Positions 12,356 through 25,896 of a DNA stretch of 64,000 nt are shown piece after piece. The position numbers and the translations under genes were made by a program. The notes under the pieces are model-generated. The model worked only from the letters and a program-made list of their open reading frames with translations, was not told the DNA's origin and searched no databases. Numbering within the stretch: position 1 is the stretch's first letter; the number at the start of each line of letters is the position of its first letter. Origin of the DNA: Laetmonice hystrix (taxonomy: Eukaryota); assembly GCA_965235115.1 (NCBI GenBank), contig OZ249447.1:13206001-13270000 (forward strand), given 5' to 3'.

Positions 12356-15300
12356 CACCCAGGACCTATGGGTTATAATTTTACCTCCTCGACAGAACTG
12401 CTAGTTAATAAGTAGAAGTGTTAAGATAATTTATGTAAAAGTCCATTTTTCGGATTCTCAAAGTGAATTTCGGTGTCTGAAAATATCCAGAAGCCGTTTG
12501 AAAGTGCGATTCTTCCAATTTTGCCCCTTTAAGAAGTATCTTTGCCCTGACAAGGGTGACACTTTCAACACCAAACCTGATGTTGATGAGTCTTTAAACA
12601 TTTACAATGGTGAAGATTTTCATCAACCAAACATCAGGTTAATTGACGGGATGTAATGAGGTCGATATCACCATTAAAGAGCTTTAAAACTGAGGAGGAA
12701 ATGGCCAAGTTGAAACAAAGACTGACGGAAGAGAAAGGTGTCTGTTTTGGCGGCTCGACCAGCCGCCGTGTTTTGAGGAAGCTTGGCACGTTTCTTGCAC
12801 GCTGGCCAAATAAGCAGTCGCTGGCCTCAAGCTGTCAGGCTTCCTTTGTGATGCCCTCAGCCGGTAGCTGGTGAGCCTGAGGGAATGGAGACCGGGGGAG
12901 CGGGCGGTCAGGCCCTGCTAGTGGCAGCAGCTCACCTACTGCAGGACATAACCCAGTGTGACCTGATGGAGAAATGAAATCCGCGCCAATAAACGAACAA
13001 CGTGCATAGGACAAGGCACCGAGTCGGGCGAGGTGAAGGTCGCAAGGATAGTGTCAAGGTCGTGGCAGAGCTGTCGGCAGGCCCGTGAGAATGTCACATA
13101 TTGTTTCGGCGCAGGCAGTCCCTCAGGCAGTGGGTTGTGGGCGGGGTCTGCGTCCAACAATGGTCAGCCAGGAGCAGACGGATAAACAGGTGACCCATTG
13201 CAGGCAGTCAGCATGGTCGGGGTATCTGGGCCGTAGTGGTGTGTTTGAATCTAGTTTTGATGGATCAAGGATGCGTACAATCCCAGCTTCCGTACCTGGT
13301 ATATACCAGATCTTAGAAAGTCCATATTATCAGTCAATAACATTATCAGATCATAATACTCCCGGCACCTAACGGCATCCATGAAACAGCTGTTTTAGAT
13401 TGGCAGTCGATACTGCAGGATCATCAGTACTGTATGGTTGGTTATTTTGACGCTGTAAGTCGATGGTAACCTAAGTACAAATGTATAATGGTGATTGTGA
13501 ATCAATGGTAGTGTATCGTGGCGTCATGTCGACGACATCCTAATATCATTGATTAGGTCGGTCAGGTTTCTACATTCTTCCATTCCTTGATCCCCGCTCC
13601 TCTGATAAAAGGCGCTAACGATGTTAGAAAATATTCTGAAGCAGGTTTAGATCTTCAGAAGCATGACATCTCTGTATGTATTTCAATCTAAAGGACTTAA
13701 TTATAAGAAATCACTGACGTTTTCAGCCGAAGATCCATGCCGCTAAGTGGCCAAACTGTGTGATTGGCATGGGTCGGTGAAGTAATGTACACATTTATTG
13801 TGTATCTCACACGACGGACGTGGTTTGAATCAACACCTTAAAAATAAACTTCCGACATGGAGAAGTCGCTTAATGAGGTGACATTCGACATTTTGGGAAC
13901 ATGGGAATGCGCTGACACAGCTAGTGCAATGACTTCCCATCATCAGAGAACGTTTTAGTCATAAATAGGCCTTGATACAAAAAGAAAACCCCAAATGGGA
14001 AAATATAATTATTCATACAAACTTTAAAAGGGAGGATTGTCAAAGGGGAACCGGAACTGACTTAATTCTTATCCTTGTATGTATGAGTCTATGACCTATG
14101 TATATCGATGACCGACGTGTGTTAGCTCACCATGCTTACATTTAAGCAAAGCATCACGGGTATTCAGTCTTTTTCATGTATTTTTGACAACTCAGGCCAC
14201 CAGAAAAAAAACCCTGATTTCTCACGTTAAATACTCATCACACTGTCCAATTTTTGTTTTTCTACTCTGAACTACATCAGAAAAGAAACAATTAAACACT
14301 CGTTTTCATCTGATGTACCTAAATTGTGTCCCTGAAAAAATTGGATGAATTCTTTTAGGTCTGCCAATAGTGATAAATGTTTGTCTTGCTGTTACAGGTG
14401 AGTTGATAGCCGAGAGATTCAGAGAGGGAGAAAATGGTTGCAGGGGCCGTCTGTGTGGTTCGTATAGCAATATCTGACAGTAATGTATATGTATAGGACA
14501 AGTCGTGTTTTCAACGTCTTAAAAGCTTAGTCTTCATCATAACCTTCGGCTAAACTGAATGTAAGTTTTAGAGAGAAACAGAATGCATTGTACGAGTTTG
14601 AAAGATAAAAAAAAAACTTTTATCCAGCTGGCACTTCTGTTTCTACCCAGGATCCCGCATGCTGAGGAGAAGCAAGGCCAGGTCAGGCCAGGCCAAATAA
14701 AATTGTTAAGACGACAGTAGACAAAGTTCATGTTGTTTTGACGACAGACACATGGTAGGCCAAGCCTAGTTTATGCTACATGTCGTAGATGTTGAAAGGC
14801 TTAAGGAGGATGTTCGCTAAAAAATGGCCTAGATCTGGAAACCAGTGGATCCTATTTCAAACACCACTCGTTTGCCTGGGCATATCGGTGATTAGAAACA
14901 CTAGCTTGAAGTTTTTGAGTCAAAAAACGAATTTATAACTTGTATAGAGATCAGAGCTTTGTGACCAAACGGTGCGTATGTTAAAATACGGATCGAAGCC
15001 ATATGCTGCCGTGACTGATGTTAGTATATTTGTGTCATGTAAATGATAATGTCTGGGGTGAAACGCTGTTCAATATTCCGAGAGATCTGCTACATTTAGT
15101 TAGATCAGGGCCAGGTCATATCCTGATGGGTTACATCAATAATATTATCGATTGTATCCCCGATATAGAATTCCCGCAAAGTACCCTCCAACAAAAATAA
15201 ACCCAAACTACTGTAGCAACAGGTGGTGCTCATGGAGCTAGCAAAGTCGCCTCCGTTGGAATGAATGAATAGGATCCTTGGATTAGGCCGAACTTAGAAA

Positions 15301-18064
15301 TAATTTGTTTGGTGAAAGCTCCGTCAGATAATAGGCCTCGCATTTCATGAACTCGCAATTCCAGTTGGTGTGATTTTGCTCTTTTATGAGATTCTGTAAC
15401 AAGTACATGAAGAAACTAAAGTGTTTCAGTTCAGCCGATGTGTGTACCCTCATTATCTTACCAAAGATGACATAAATAAAAACGAAACAAAATTATTTCC
15501 CCCTTAGTTTTAGCTGATCAGCTTTCCCTCCTTGAATATTCTGAGAAACAAGAAATAATTTGATATGGTCGGCCGGAGGAACTCTGTGGTGCTGAGAGAT
15601 TGAAAGAGCATGGATCCAACCGAAATCCTCCAGATGTTCTTATGACAGCTCCGAGATTGAGTTGTGGCGGTAGGATCCCTGTACGGCTGTGGCCCCTGAA
15701 CCCTCCGGCCTGTAACACTTCCCACTGGCCTAGTTTCTACAGAGTACACACCCCTGAACCAATAAGTCTGCAACAGGAATAGCAGCGAACGATTCCGCAT
15801 GGATCCCAGGCCTGCCTGCACACTAAACATCCTCCCCCCCACACAGACTCACACACGGTCGTCTGCTACAACTGCCGCCCCCGCACTGACGCGCACGCCA
15901 CCTATAGGTTGGCGGGAATGCCACGTCTCGAGCGGGCCAACGTGACGCCAGCAGACGACGTCATAACGTTCTGGCGCAGACGTCCACAGCAGGCGGGAAG
16001 GATCACACTTTTAGTATGCCGCGGGCATTGTATCTCATCTCTTCCTTTGAAGCCGAAACATTGGAACCTTAATGTCATAGGGCACAAGACTTCTTGGCTA
16101 CTATGATAATGATTGATACCTTGCAGTGCATACGTTTTTTTTTTGTTAAAGATAATAACTTGTTTCTGAGCTTCATAACTGAAAGTAGCGGGGAGATCTA
16201 TACACTTTCATGGTCTTTGTCTCTTTGTGTATTTCATATTGAGAAACATGAATGTCATAATGATCTACCTTAGTTTAAAAGAACCGTTGGCAGCTTTTAT
16301 CTGTGGCGCATCCACTACCCACCTGGGCACCTCCACTGGGCACCTACAGGCTGAGGATATTTACTAGGGAGAACCTTTGTTTACTCGTAAGCGACTAAAA
16401 GAAGTAGGCCAAGGTGCTATCATATTCAAACCCACATGTACATTGGCGGGAACTGACTCACTCTTGACCTCCTTTGATTTATCATGCTTTCTCTATTCTT
16501 TGTTTAGGTCCTGTTTTCGTTAATTAATAGAAAGGGATTAATGTGGATTTTCCCTGTTTCCACACGCCCGGACTAAATGTTTAGTCGGACCGATAAGACG
16601 GTTTACCTCTGCCTGCATACAATCAATGTTTTACCATTGCATCCATGCGTTTACATACCCCGCTCCCCCCTGTACGGAGTCCGTTCCCCGAATGGCCGAA
16701 ATGGCCGAGGCATTCGGAATCGGTCAGTGGCAGTACACGGCAGTCAGTTCGGTAGTGGTAGCGCACAAGTGGTCCATAGACCATAGAGACTCGATCAGAA
16801 AAAATATCGGGAGACGGGAGGTCATCCTGAACCAACCCTGGTGGGCGTGGCATTAAATGATAAATGCAGCAGTATCGACAGAATCAATGCTTTAAGTGGC
16901 CTCAATATTGGCCGGGTCAAATGATCACATCTGTCAACAAACACGGCAAGGTCAATCAATCAGTCGATCAGAGGGCACAGAAACGGTAGATCCACTTTGG
17001 TAATATACCTCCACGAATCTGGGAATAAGAAGTTAATTAAAGTGCATTAACTGTTCCTAATCTCAAACTTTTACCTTCGGGACCATGGGGTTTATATTTA
17101 TTATTATTTCCATTTATTAAAACTCTTGACAATTCACATAGCCACTGATGACTTCATAATTATAATCTTTATGTAATACGTCTCAGATCCATTCAAAACG
17201 ATACACTGATGGATGAATTATTCAGGGGAAATTCCTTATTAAAAGTTTACACATTTATAACTGTATCTACAAGTATCAACTTGAATAGAATAGTGTTGGT
17301 GAAGCGTGACTGGCCGGAGAACGAGCCGTATGGCGGGTTTCCTGCCACTGTTGGTCTAATTAATCTTCGACATGCATATAGAACGTCTTTCTACGGCCTG
17401 CTCCCAGTCTCTCAGTCTCTCATCTTACATCATACTCGTCTCCCTTAGCAACTGACACTTCTGACTGCTAAATTAATGTCTTGAGGGGTTCTTAAGCATT
17501 CATATGGCAGTAATTGCGTACTAAATAAGAAGTAAGCATGGAATAAAAACCACCGAGAGTGGGGACCGATGTATCAACATTGATTTTATCAATTTTATGC
17601 GTTCTTTTAAATATTATACCGGTACCTGTTCTTAATTGGGCTTTAAACTGGCGGTCCTTTAAACTAACGTGAAATATCTCGATCTTAAACTTCTTATTTT
17701 GTCACGTGTACTTTTCAAATATTTCTTTCTTTCTCCTTTCTGCGTAATTGGAACGTCAGGCCGAAGGGTGAAGTCGTTGCACACGTAATCGATTCTTTTC
17801 TGTCCCAACCTGTTACAGAAGAAAGTACGCCGAAAAGTGGGTTGAAATCGAATACATTGTGCCTTTATTTGTGTGAATTAATCAAAAGATTGCCACAGGA
17901 AATATAATTAATGAACAAAGAAAGAAGCGGGATAATTTGCAGTAGTACAACACGTTTTTTTGCACTCCCAGAGATTTTCAAAGAGTTTACTAGAAAAATC
18001 TAAAGGTTTCTATGTTTTTTTCTTCTTCCTTCTTTTTCCTCAAAGGCCAGCAACTTTTATAAAA

Positions 18065-18597
18065 CAATGGCCATGTTTCTGTTCCCATACCTGTTTCTGT
18101 TATATTCCCGATCAATGGCCATGTTTCTGTTCCCATACCTGTTTCTGTTATATTCCCGATCAATGGCCATGTTTCTGTTCCCATACCTGTTTCTGTTATA
18201 TTCCCGATCAATGGCCATGTTTCTGTTCCCATAACTGTTTCTGTTATATTCCCGATCAATGGCCATGTTTCTGTTTCCATACCTGTTTCTGTTATATTCC
18301 CGATCAATGGCCATGTTTCTGTTCCCATACCTGTTTCTGTTATATTCCCGATCAATGGCCATGTTTCTGTTCCCATAACTGTTTCTGTTATATTCCCGAT
18401 CAATGGCCATGTTTCTGTTTCCATACCTGTTTCTGTTATATTCCCGATCAATGGCCATGTTTCTGTTCCCATACCTGTTTCTGTTATATTCCCGATCAAT
18501 GGCCATGTTTCTGTTCCCATACCTGTTTCTGTTATATTCCCGATCAATGGCCATGTTTCTGTTCCCATACCTGTTTCTGTTATATTCCCGATCAATG
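18065..18597. repeat. 48-bp minisatellite, about 11 copies
   Basis: Unit caatggccatgtttctgttcccatacctgtttctgttatattcccgat. Confidence 0.97.
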
Positions 18598-21500
18598 AAA
18601 ATTAAAACGTTGGTGTATAGTAGTCCATCTGGTCCTCAGTCTGAGCTGGACTCGTCTCCGAAGGTCTCCGATCACTAGCATTTCACACGTACCTGACAGG
18701 TCATTATGGAACGCCTTAATGTAAATAATCCCCCCCCCCCCACCTCCCTGGCGGGAATTGATGAGTTGTATATCGATCCTGGAGTATTTCACATAAGACT
18801 GTGATGACGCTGTGAGTTTTCCTCCTGTACCATTTGCATGTGTTGATTGGGACAGCAATTTGAAATGCATCACATTGTCTGGGTTTCTCACTACAACCGC
18901 GAGATCCTGTCAAGTATTTCTAGCCTTCGGTGACACTCAGTCAGACCATAAATTTCTCAAACTTGGGTAAGAATTCAACTTCACGTATTCTACTTACCCC
19001 GTGATGTTGATGTTAATGTGTTAACACCGTAAACCCCCGGAACACGCAAGGTATTCCACAACATCATGACTCTTGATGATTCAAAACGAAAGATGAGAAA
19101 CTTACAACACTGCAGCCATAATGTATAACAACCCGGCCTTAGATAACCCATTCAGGGGAACTGTTTGGGGAGACAGAACACCGGCAGAACGAACCCATCT
19201 GATTGAGATGGCTTAACACAGCCAGCGCATAAAGCCACACGACCACCGACCGCCCATCCTTATCAAGATAATACCAACTATTGAATATGTATGGCCTCAT
19301 ATCGTTTAGTCCTGTTTGACAGGTCCTCTACTATTTCCGTCAAAGTCTAACTGCCCGTGTCTCCGCCTCCGATGTTGGCAGACCACCGATGATGTACGGG
19401 AGAGATTGGTGTAAGCCGTAGAACACCGTTCTGGTTGCTAGGGTTGGTCAGCCACGGCTCATGTAGCGGGGGTTCTTACCCTACTGGGGTGATTCATGGA
19501 CGGGTAACTCAGGAACGTCATCGTGAGCGCAAGCATGTAGGGACGGTTGGAGGCAGCCATTAACCTGATTAAAATGAGACGCTTCTGTGATACATGAAAA
19601 AATCTGCCTAAATTAAAGGTCTGAATCCAGAATTTCTATGGGAACTCGTCACTAAGAATCAAATTAATGAATACCGCCATGTAAGATGCACGACATTATA
19701 AGAAAACATTATTTTATAGATCTTGTTTCTACCCAAATTGGTCCTAATTTAGAGGTTTTATCACTGTTTAATATGTTCACAGCTGCCAGCTTGGTGTTAA
19801 GTCCGGGAGTGTCATCTTCGTAAATATGTTCCTAGTAGGAGCAACTTCTACTACTTCTATACATAAGCGTATGGAAGCTCAAGAAAGGAACTTAAAGAGA
19901 AGTCCGAAAAAATGAGGACTTTTTCCATTTCCCGTCGATTGGAGAGATAATATGTTCATCTTTCAGATCAGCTTTGTGGTAATCAGTTACGCCATATCAC
20001 GCATAATAACATAAAGGTAATTCATTTCAATGTGAAAACCAGGGGCCTTTATAACTGTACTTAGCTGAGAGAAAACAAAATTGATGCTGGATTGTATCTA
20101 AAGGCGGCAGAAGTAACTGACTCATCTCGAGATATATGAGGAATAAATTCCGGCTGAGTATCATTCCCTGGCGTGATCCATGAAAGGATTGTTGTGTAAT
20201 CTCCAAGTCGTGTCTCTGTGCTCGGTGTGGGTCGGGGGGTTGGGTTGGCCGAGGAATCATAACTTTGCCCATGAATACCAAGTTACTGGGGGATTTGCTC
20301 CCTGTGGTACAGCCAACCAAGAAGTCGTAATGGGAGATTTGTACTGGAGCAGAGCCAATACGTGAGTGAATGATCTCTGATGGCTCTCTGACTGGTTGGT
20401 TGCCGTTTCTGAGCACGTTCAATATCACATCATCCAGGCAATGCATTCCAAAGGACTTTGTGTGTGTAGGGGGTGAGGGGGGTGTGCACCAGGGCCGTGT
20501 CGGCAGACGCCTTGGAACCAGTCGGTTCACAAAGCAGTGCCGATTGCAGTTGTGGGATGCATTGCCTCGCGTGAGCAAACACCGAGCTTGCTTGACACCG
20601 CGCAACACTGGCAAACACCGGGGTGTCCTGCAGGGTTGTGCCATAGCTCCGTCACTGCTCGGCGTAATGGGAAAGAACGAAGGCAAAGCCATATGGCCAT
20701 GGCACAACAGGCGGGAACCTTTGGCGGGCTTTCAGAAGGCCGGGTATTGATCCACGGAGGGGCGCTGCTGCATGATGAAGAGCCATTACATAGCGCCGGT
20801 AGAGGTTTAGTGATTGAGCCTTATTAAGCCCTCCATTCAGGAGCACCGTGGCGGTTTCCGCAGCTGCTACTCTCCCAAACACCGGCCTTTGTGGTCAGAG
20901 CAGGCACGGAAGCAGCATGAGAGGGAAGGCCGATCGGGGTCTGTGAATTGAAGGCCACTGGAGGAGAGAGGGGCACCGACTAGAGCAGGAGACGGTGTGA
21001 TTTTTTGCCCTTGGAAGGCAAAGTTATCATTGATCTGGTTTAGATTGGTGATACCCACTTAGCATGCAACACGGATCACGATGTACACTTGTTGCTTGAT
21101 GCCTTCGAGGGGGAATTATGTTGTCTGGGCAGAAAGAAAGGAAGAAAGAATGGAAAGAAAGAGCAAGAGAAAAAGAGAGACATCTCCCAATAACCTCTCG
21201 TTAGTATAACCATAGACCTCTATGGTATAACTACAACTGTGGTGGTTTTATGGGACTGACAGCATTTACTTATTCCGTCTAGTTTGGTCATTCATGACGA
21301 TGATGATGCAGAACTCCGCACAACCCGACTGGCCCTCAGCCAGGACCTCTACCCGCTCAGCCCCTCCCCATTACAGACAAGTCTGTAAGCCTAGAACTGT
21401 ACGGCCAGCTCGTGATGGTAAATTTACCTGATGGCATCCGTCCTGGTCATGGCACACGCAATATATCAGTTTTTTTTCTTTCTTACCAGACTTGCTATAA

Positions 21501-22133
21501 CCCGCTGTTAGTTATCCTGCTGTAGGTTGTTCCAGACCATGGTCGGCAAAATCAGGCCCAAAGTCATCATGCAATTCTGATTCCAGTATGATTAGCTTGA
21601 AACAGACTGAGTTTGTTGGATGCAAGCCTAACCAGCCCTATACTAATTAAACCTCACTCAGTTTTGTCTGTGATCCTGCCCCTGGTCCTTGATGTTGTAA
21701 TCTGTCTCCCCCACACATACATCACCGAACTAAAGCGTCGGCCAATCTGCTGTTTTCACATTGCCCGACCCCTAGTGATTGCCGTTTTGCACACATCACC
21801 ACACCGTTCCGTGTTATCAGGACAGTGATCCCATCAATCGGTTTCCACCCCGTGTTGGCGCCACAGAACACGAGTAACAGCTTGCCAACGGGGGATGGCT
21901 GGTGTTTTCACTCATCTCTGCCCGATTTAGTCCTTTAACGTTTTCCTGCATGTGTCTGCTTACGCCTTGCCTCCAAGCCAAGTCTGCGTGACAATTGACA
22001 TTGACCTACAACTTGATGTGTAATGACAAGCCGCAGGGTAAGTCTAAAGTGAGCAATAACAGTAGAACAGATTGAAGAACTAAACGCCAAAATGAAGCCA
22101 CAGAGACCACACAGTCATGGCTTTCTGCCGCGA

Positions 22134-22186
22134 TGACGTCACGGTTCTACTGATGACGTCACTAATCAATACAAAAGTTGACGTCA
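22134..22186. promoter_or_regulatory. Three perfect CRE palindromes (TGACGTCA)
   Basis: TGACGTCA at 22134-22141, 22154-22161 and 22179-22186. Confidence 0.45.
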
Positions 22187-24549
22187 TCACGGTGGACCTG
22201 GTCAGTGTTAAGCGGGTCTTGTCAGCTGCGCGCAATTCAAATCGACAATATGTTATTAATCAATGTTCATTTACTTAGACAGCCAACACAAGATATATAG
22301 TGACCCCATCCCCAACAGTAAAGATGTCTATGAGCCGTCTGTTCGCCTTTAAATCAATTCAAAGATGTGATACAAATATTCGAGGTAATTGTATGCATTA
22401 AGAGGTTAACGTTGTCCAATCTCACTCAAGAATGGGATCACGTCGTCCTTGCTGATTACATGGGCGCGTTAACTATAAAATAAAGATAGTGAGAGGCCGC
22501 CTCACGCCGCACTGACACCACGGCACCTGATAATGACCATTGATTGGGTGGAAATGGATCAGGGTTACACTCCAGGGTGCTGATAGCTTCTGATAAATCG
22601 TAAACACGAGAGACGCGCCTAATACCCGGCCTGTAGGTACAGAGAAGTCATACGCCCAGCTGTCAAGGCCAACTGGTCCACCGGCGAGATTGCCGCAAGT
22701 CGCTGCCAACAGAAATCCTATTACCTCCCGAGAACGAATCGGAAACTAGGCACACAGTGTTGAAATTCCGTCGGAAATAGAATTTGGAGGCGACCGCGTG
22801 TGGTTTGATCCGCACACAGCCGGGCTTGTTATTGGGCCGTAATGGCGTCAACACTACCCTCTAACCCCACCCCTACCGGCCTGTCGTGGTAAACGCCTCA
22901 GTCCAGACGTAACTACACTGGTTGAGCTCAAGAAAGGATAGTGCAGGGGCTAGCGAGGGAAACTGGAGGGGGGGGGGGGGCTATATAAAACTCTGCTTAC
23001 GTATAAAAAGTACCAGGGTCATAAAGAGGTTATAAAGAGGCTGTTTATTTTATGTGAAAACTGGAGTAGCCGGGGAAAATTACCGACACGCAGCAACTGT
23101 CTGAAACATGCCGACACGCAGGCGATTCGCACCCAAATCTCAGAGGACCAGATAGCGGACCTACTGCGTCCCCCGGGCCCTATCTAACACAGAAAATATA
23201 GGTAACAAGGTTTTTCTACTGTATTATTATTTTAGGTCAGTTAAGCGTTAAACAAGTAGCTACAGGGTTTTCATATTCGACTTGGGACGACGGTTGGTCA
23301 CTCAACAAAGACTTTGCCGCACTGGCCCAAACAAAGACTTTGTAAATGACTCGGGAGAATCCAGACTACTAAGTGCTGCACTTCATATTTCCATGCTGGG
23401 GAGTCAGTCAATTTGAGCTACTTTGCCGCCACCCAGCAAGTTGAAGAAGTATGCAGTTTGAATATTAAAACACGCATCAGAAGCTGGAGAAGTCAGTCAT
23501 TGACAGTTGTCACGAAAGGGTGGAGCTATGGGGATATTGATCAGACCATAGACCTAGAGTGATCAGACTATGGTAGCGATATTAGCGCGCCACTAATGAC
23601 ATCTTGACACGTCTCTGTTTGACTTCTGTAAAAGATTAATAACCCAAAAACTGACATGCAAAATGTGTTGATGAGTACTCTTAGAAAAGGTATAGGAAGA
23701 GGTTTTTTGGGGGTAAACGTTATGTGATTTAATACTTCTGAGTGTGGAAAAGTGTATTTTATAACCGTATTAATCGTATGTGAGTGTGTGTGCGTGTGTT
23801 TCTGTTTGTGTGTTTTTTTTCTTTCGCTGAATAAGAACGTTGTAATCGCATCGACGATGTGGTGCCTTGCCGCTTTAAGTTAGAAAATACAAGAAAGTCT
23901 AGAGTGGGGTGACAGTAAAGGATGACATCCCCCATCTCCTGTATTCCCACAGTCTTGGAGGGCACCTGCCTTACACCTAGCGTTCCACAATAGGATTATA
24001 GTCATCCAGTCGACACAGGCTAACCCGTTTAACGGGCGGCAGGGTCGAGTAGCCTCAAGAGAGAAGGTATTGCGAGGCCCCACTCTACATAAACTGGGAT
24101 CAGCAGCAAAACCGACCTCAGAGCCGGTGTTAGGGTCAGGGTTAAGGTCTACCTGCATGCGTACAGTAACCCCCACTCACAGACACATGGCCACACCCCA
24201 GTTTTTGTGTTGAGAAAACTACTGTATATCATGTTTTTTAAAATTAAAGTTTGTGTAAGAGAAGAGAAAACTTGCGAAAGAAGTAAGCAAGGAAGGCAAG
24301 ATGAAAGAAAGAAGAAAATTGGCCCTAGAAATGTGAGAATACAGTCAACGGGCTGAAATCTACAATCCAGGTAGAACATTTGATAAATGCGTTCAGCTGA
24401 AACAGCCCTTTAAAGGTTTCACCTTTGACCCCGGTAAAAGCGGGCTGCAGTGCTGGAACAGATGGCCAAAGACGTGGAAAATATAAACTGAACAAATACT
24501 ATGTGACTGAGGCTGGTAGAGACCGCAGGCGTTTTCCATCTGCTTGCCG

Positions 24550-24608
24550 GCTGTGGTGGCTGGGTGGCTGGGTGGCTGTGGTGGCTGGGTGGCTGGGTGG
24601 CTGGGTGG
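24550..24608. repeat. (GGGTGGCT)n-type microsatellite
   Basis: Run of ggctgggt/ggctgtggt units. Confidence 0.85.
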
Positions 24609-25896
24609 CCAACAAGTTGAGGATTCCGCCCACCAAAGCTAGCAGAATACTCGGCCCACTTCCACGAATTCCCACACGTCTCAGAAGTTCTGGGAATCCA
24701 GGAAAGTCTGGATGGACAGGTGGATGAAGATTGGGACTGAGTGTATGGGGCTGGGGGTGGAGGAAGTTAGGGTAGAGTTAACAACTTAATGACTCCCTGA
24801 CAGCCTGACCTGTCTGGTGGTGGTGGTGGTGGGGAGGGGGGGGGGGTAAGGAAGAAGAGGGGGAGGGGGTTCTACTAATGGGAAGATCGTGTCTTGGCCT
24901 GGAGGTGCCAGGCCCAAACACTGTCGTAAATATCCCGTTAAAACACTGTGGGCCCGAGGCAGCGAGACGGGCCTCAGAACAAAGGCCACACTTAACTCGA
25001 CATCTTAGAAAGGGTCTGTTAATGTTATCCTATTTGACCCCAGAAAAATACTTGGTGTTGCCACTGTTGACGCGTGATCACATGACTTCCAGGTGTACAT
25101 GCAGTATTTAGGTCAACGCTAGACTAGAGGGAGATTCCCTTCCACACCCGGAAGTCACGTGATCACGCGTCATCATCGCCCGACCGCGGCCAACTCAAAT
25201 ATCCTGTGGGCCGCTCGCTAATTCTGAGCTACGTATTTGCGAGAGATTTGGCATATTTTCCTTACTAAATACTGGTCGCTGGGCCATAACAGTCTCACAT
25301 GATGTTACTGGGAGTCCAAGGTATGCGAATCATATGTTTCTAAGACTGCCATAAATCGAAAAAATGAATTTTACGACTCCCTTTAAACGCACACTTCGAG
25401 CACAGATTGGTTTTCCTATCTGACAATTTAAAGCCACCAAAATATAAATTCTTACGGAAGACATCGGCTGACAGTGAGATGTCTTTTCACTGTCTATACA
25501 GTAAAAAAAGATTGATTCGGTGTGCACCGTTCTCATATAATTATGTTCAGAAAAACTTATTTCTGAGGGAAAATGACGATAATCTTGGCCCTTTTGGTAT
25601 CAAACAATTTCAACGAAAGACCACATCGCCAAAACAGCAGAAATAGTAGTTTTTGTTACTTTCTATCGGATGGCCTCTTTAATACTTAAACAAACCTAAC
25701 ACCACGGGAGGCGCAGGACTCAAGGGATGCAGGACCCCGCACCGTTCAGACATAATTCTCACTTTTTTAAATCCTTGACTTGACGCCTGATTGCCCCTGC
25801 TTTTTATTGGCCACATTCCCGTTTCCGCTTTCTATGTCGAACTCCAAATCCTTGATCCGTTTGGTCCATGATGTTGTATTTGTTTATTTTCCCCAG

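Noticed and set aside
12656-12874. Coiled-coil-sounding ORF (KTEEEMAKLKQRLTEEKG) as a missing ELKS N-terminal exon
   Set aside because: It has no ERC N-terminal motifs and no convincing in-phase splice sites, and the opposite strand looks more like a TE remnant.
17960-18678. Repetitive ORFs (MAIDREYNRNRYGNRN, DQWPCFCSHTCFCYIP and similar)
   Set aside because: The 48-bp unit is a multiple of 3, so frames stay open by construction.
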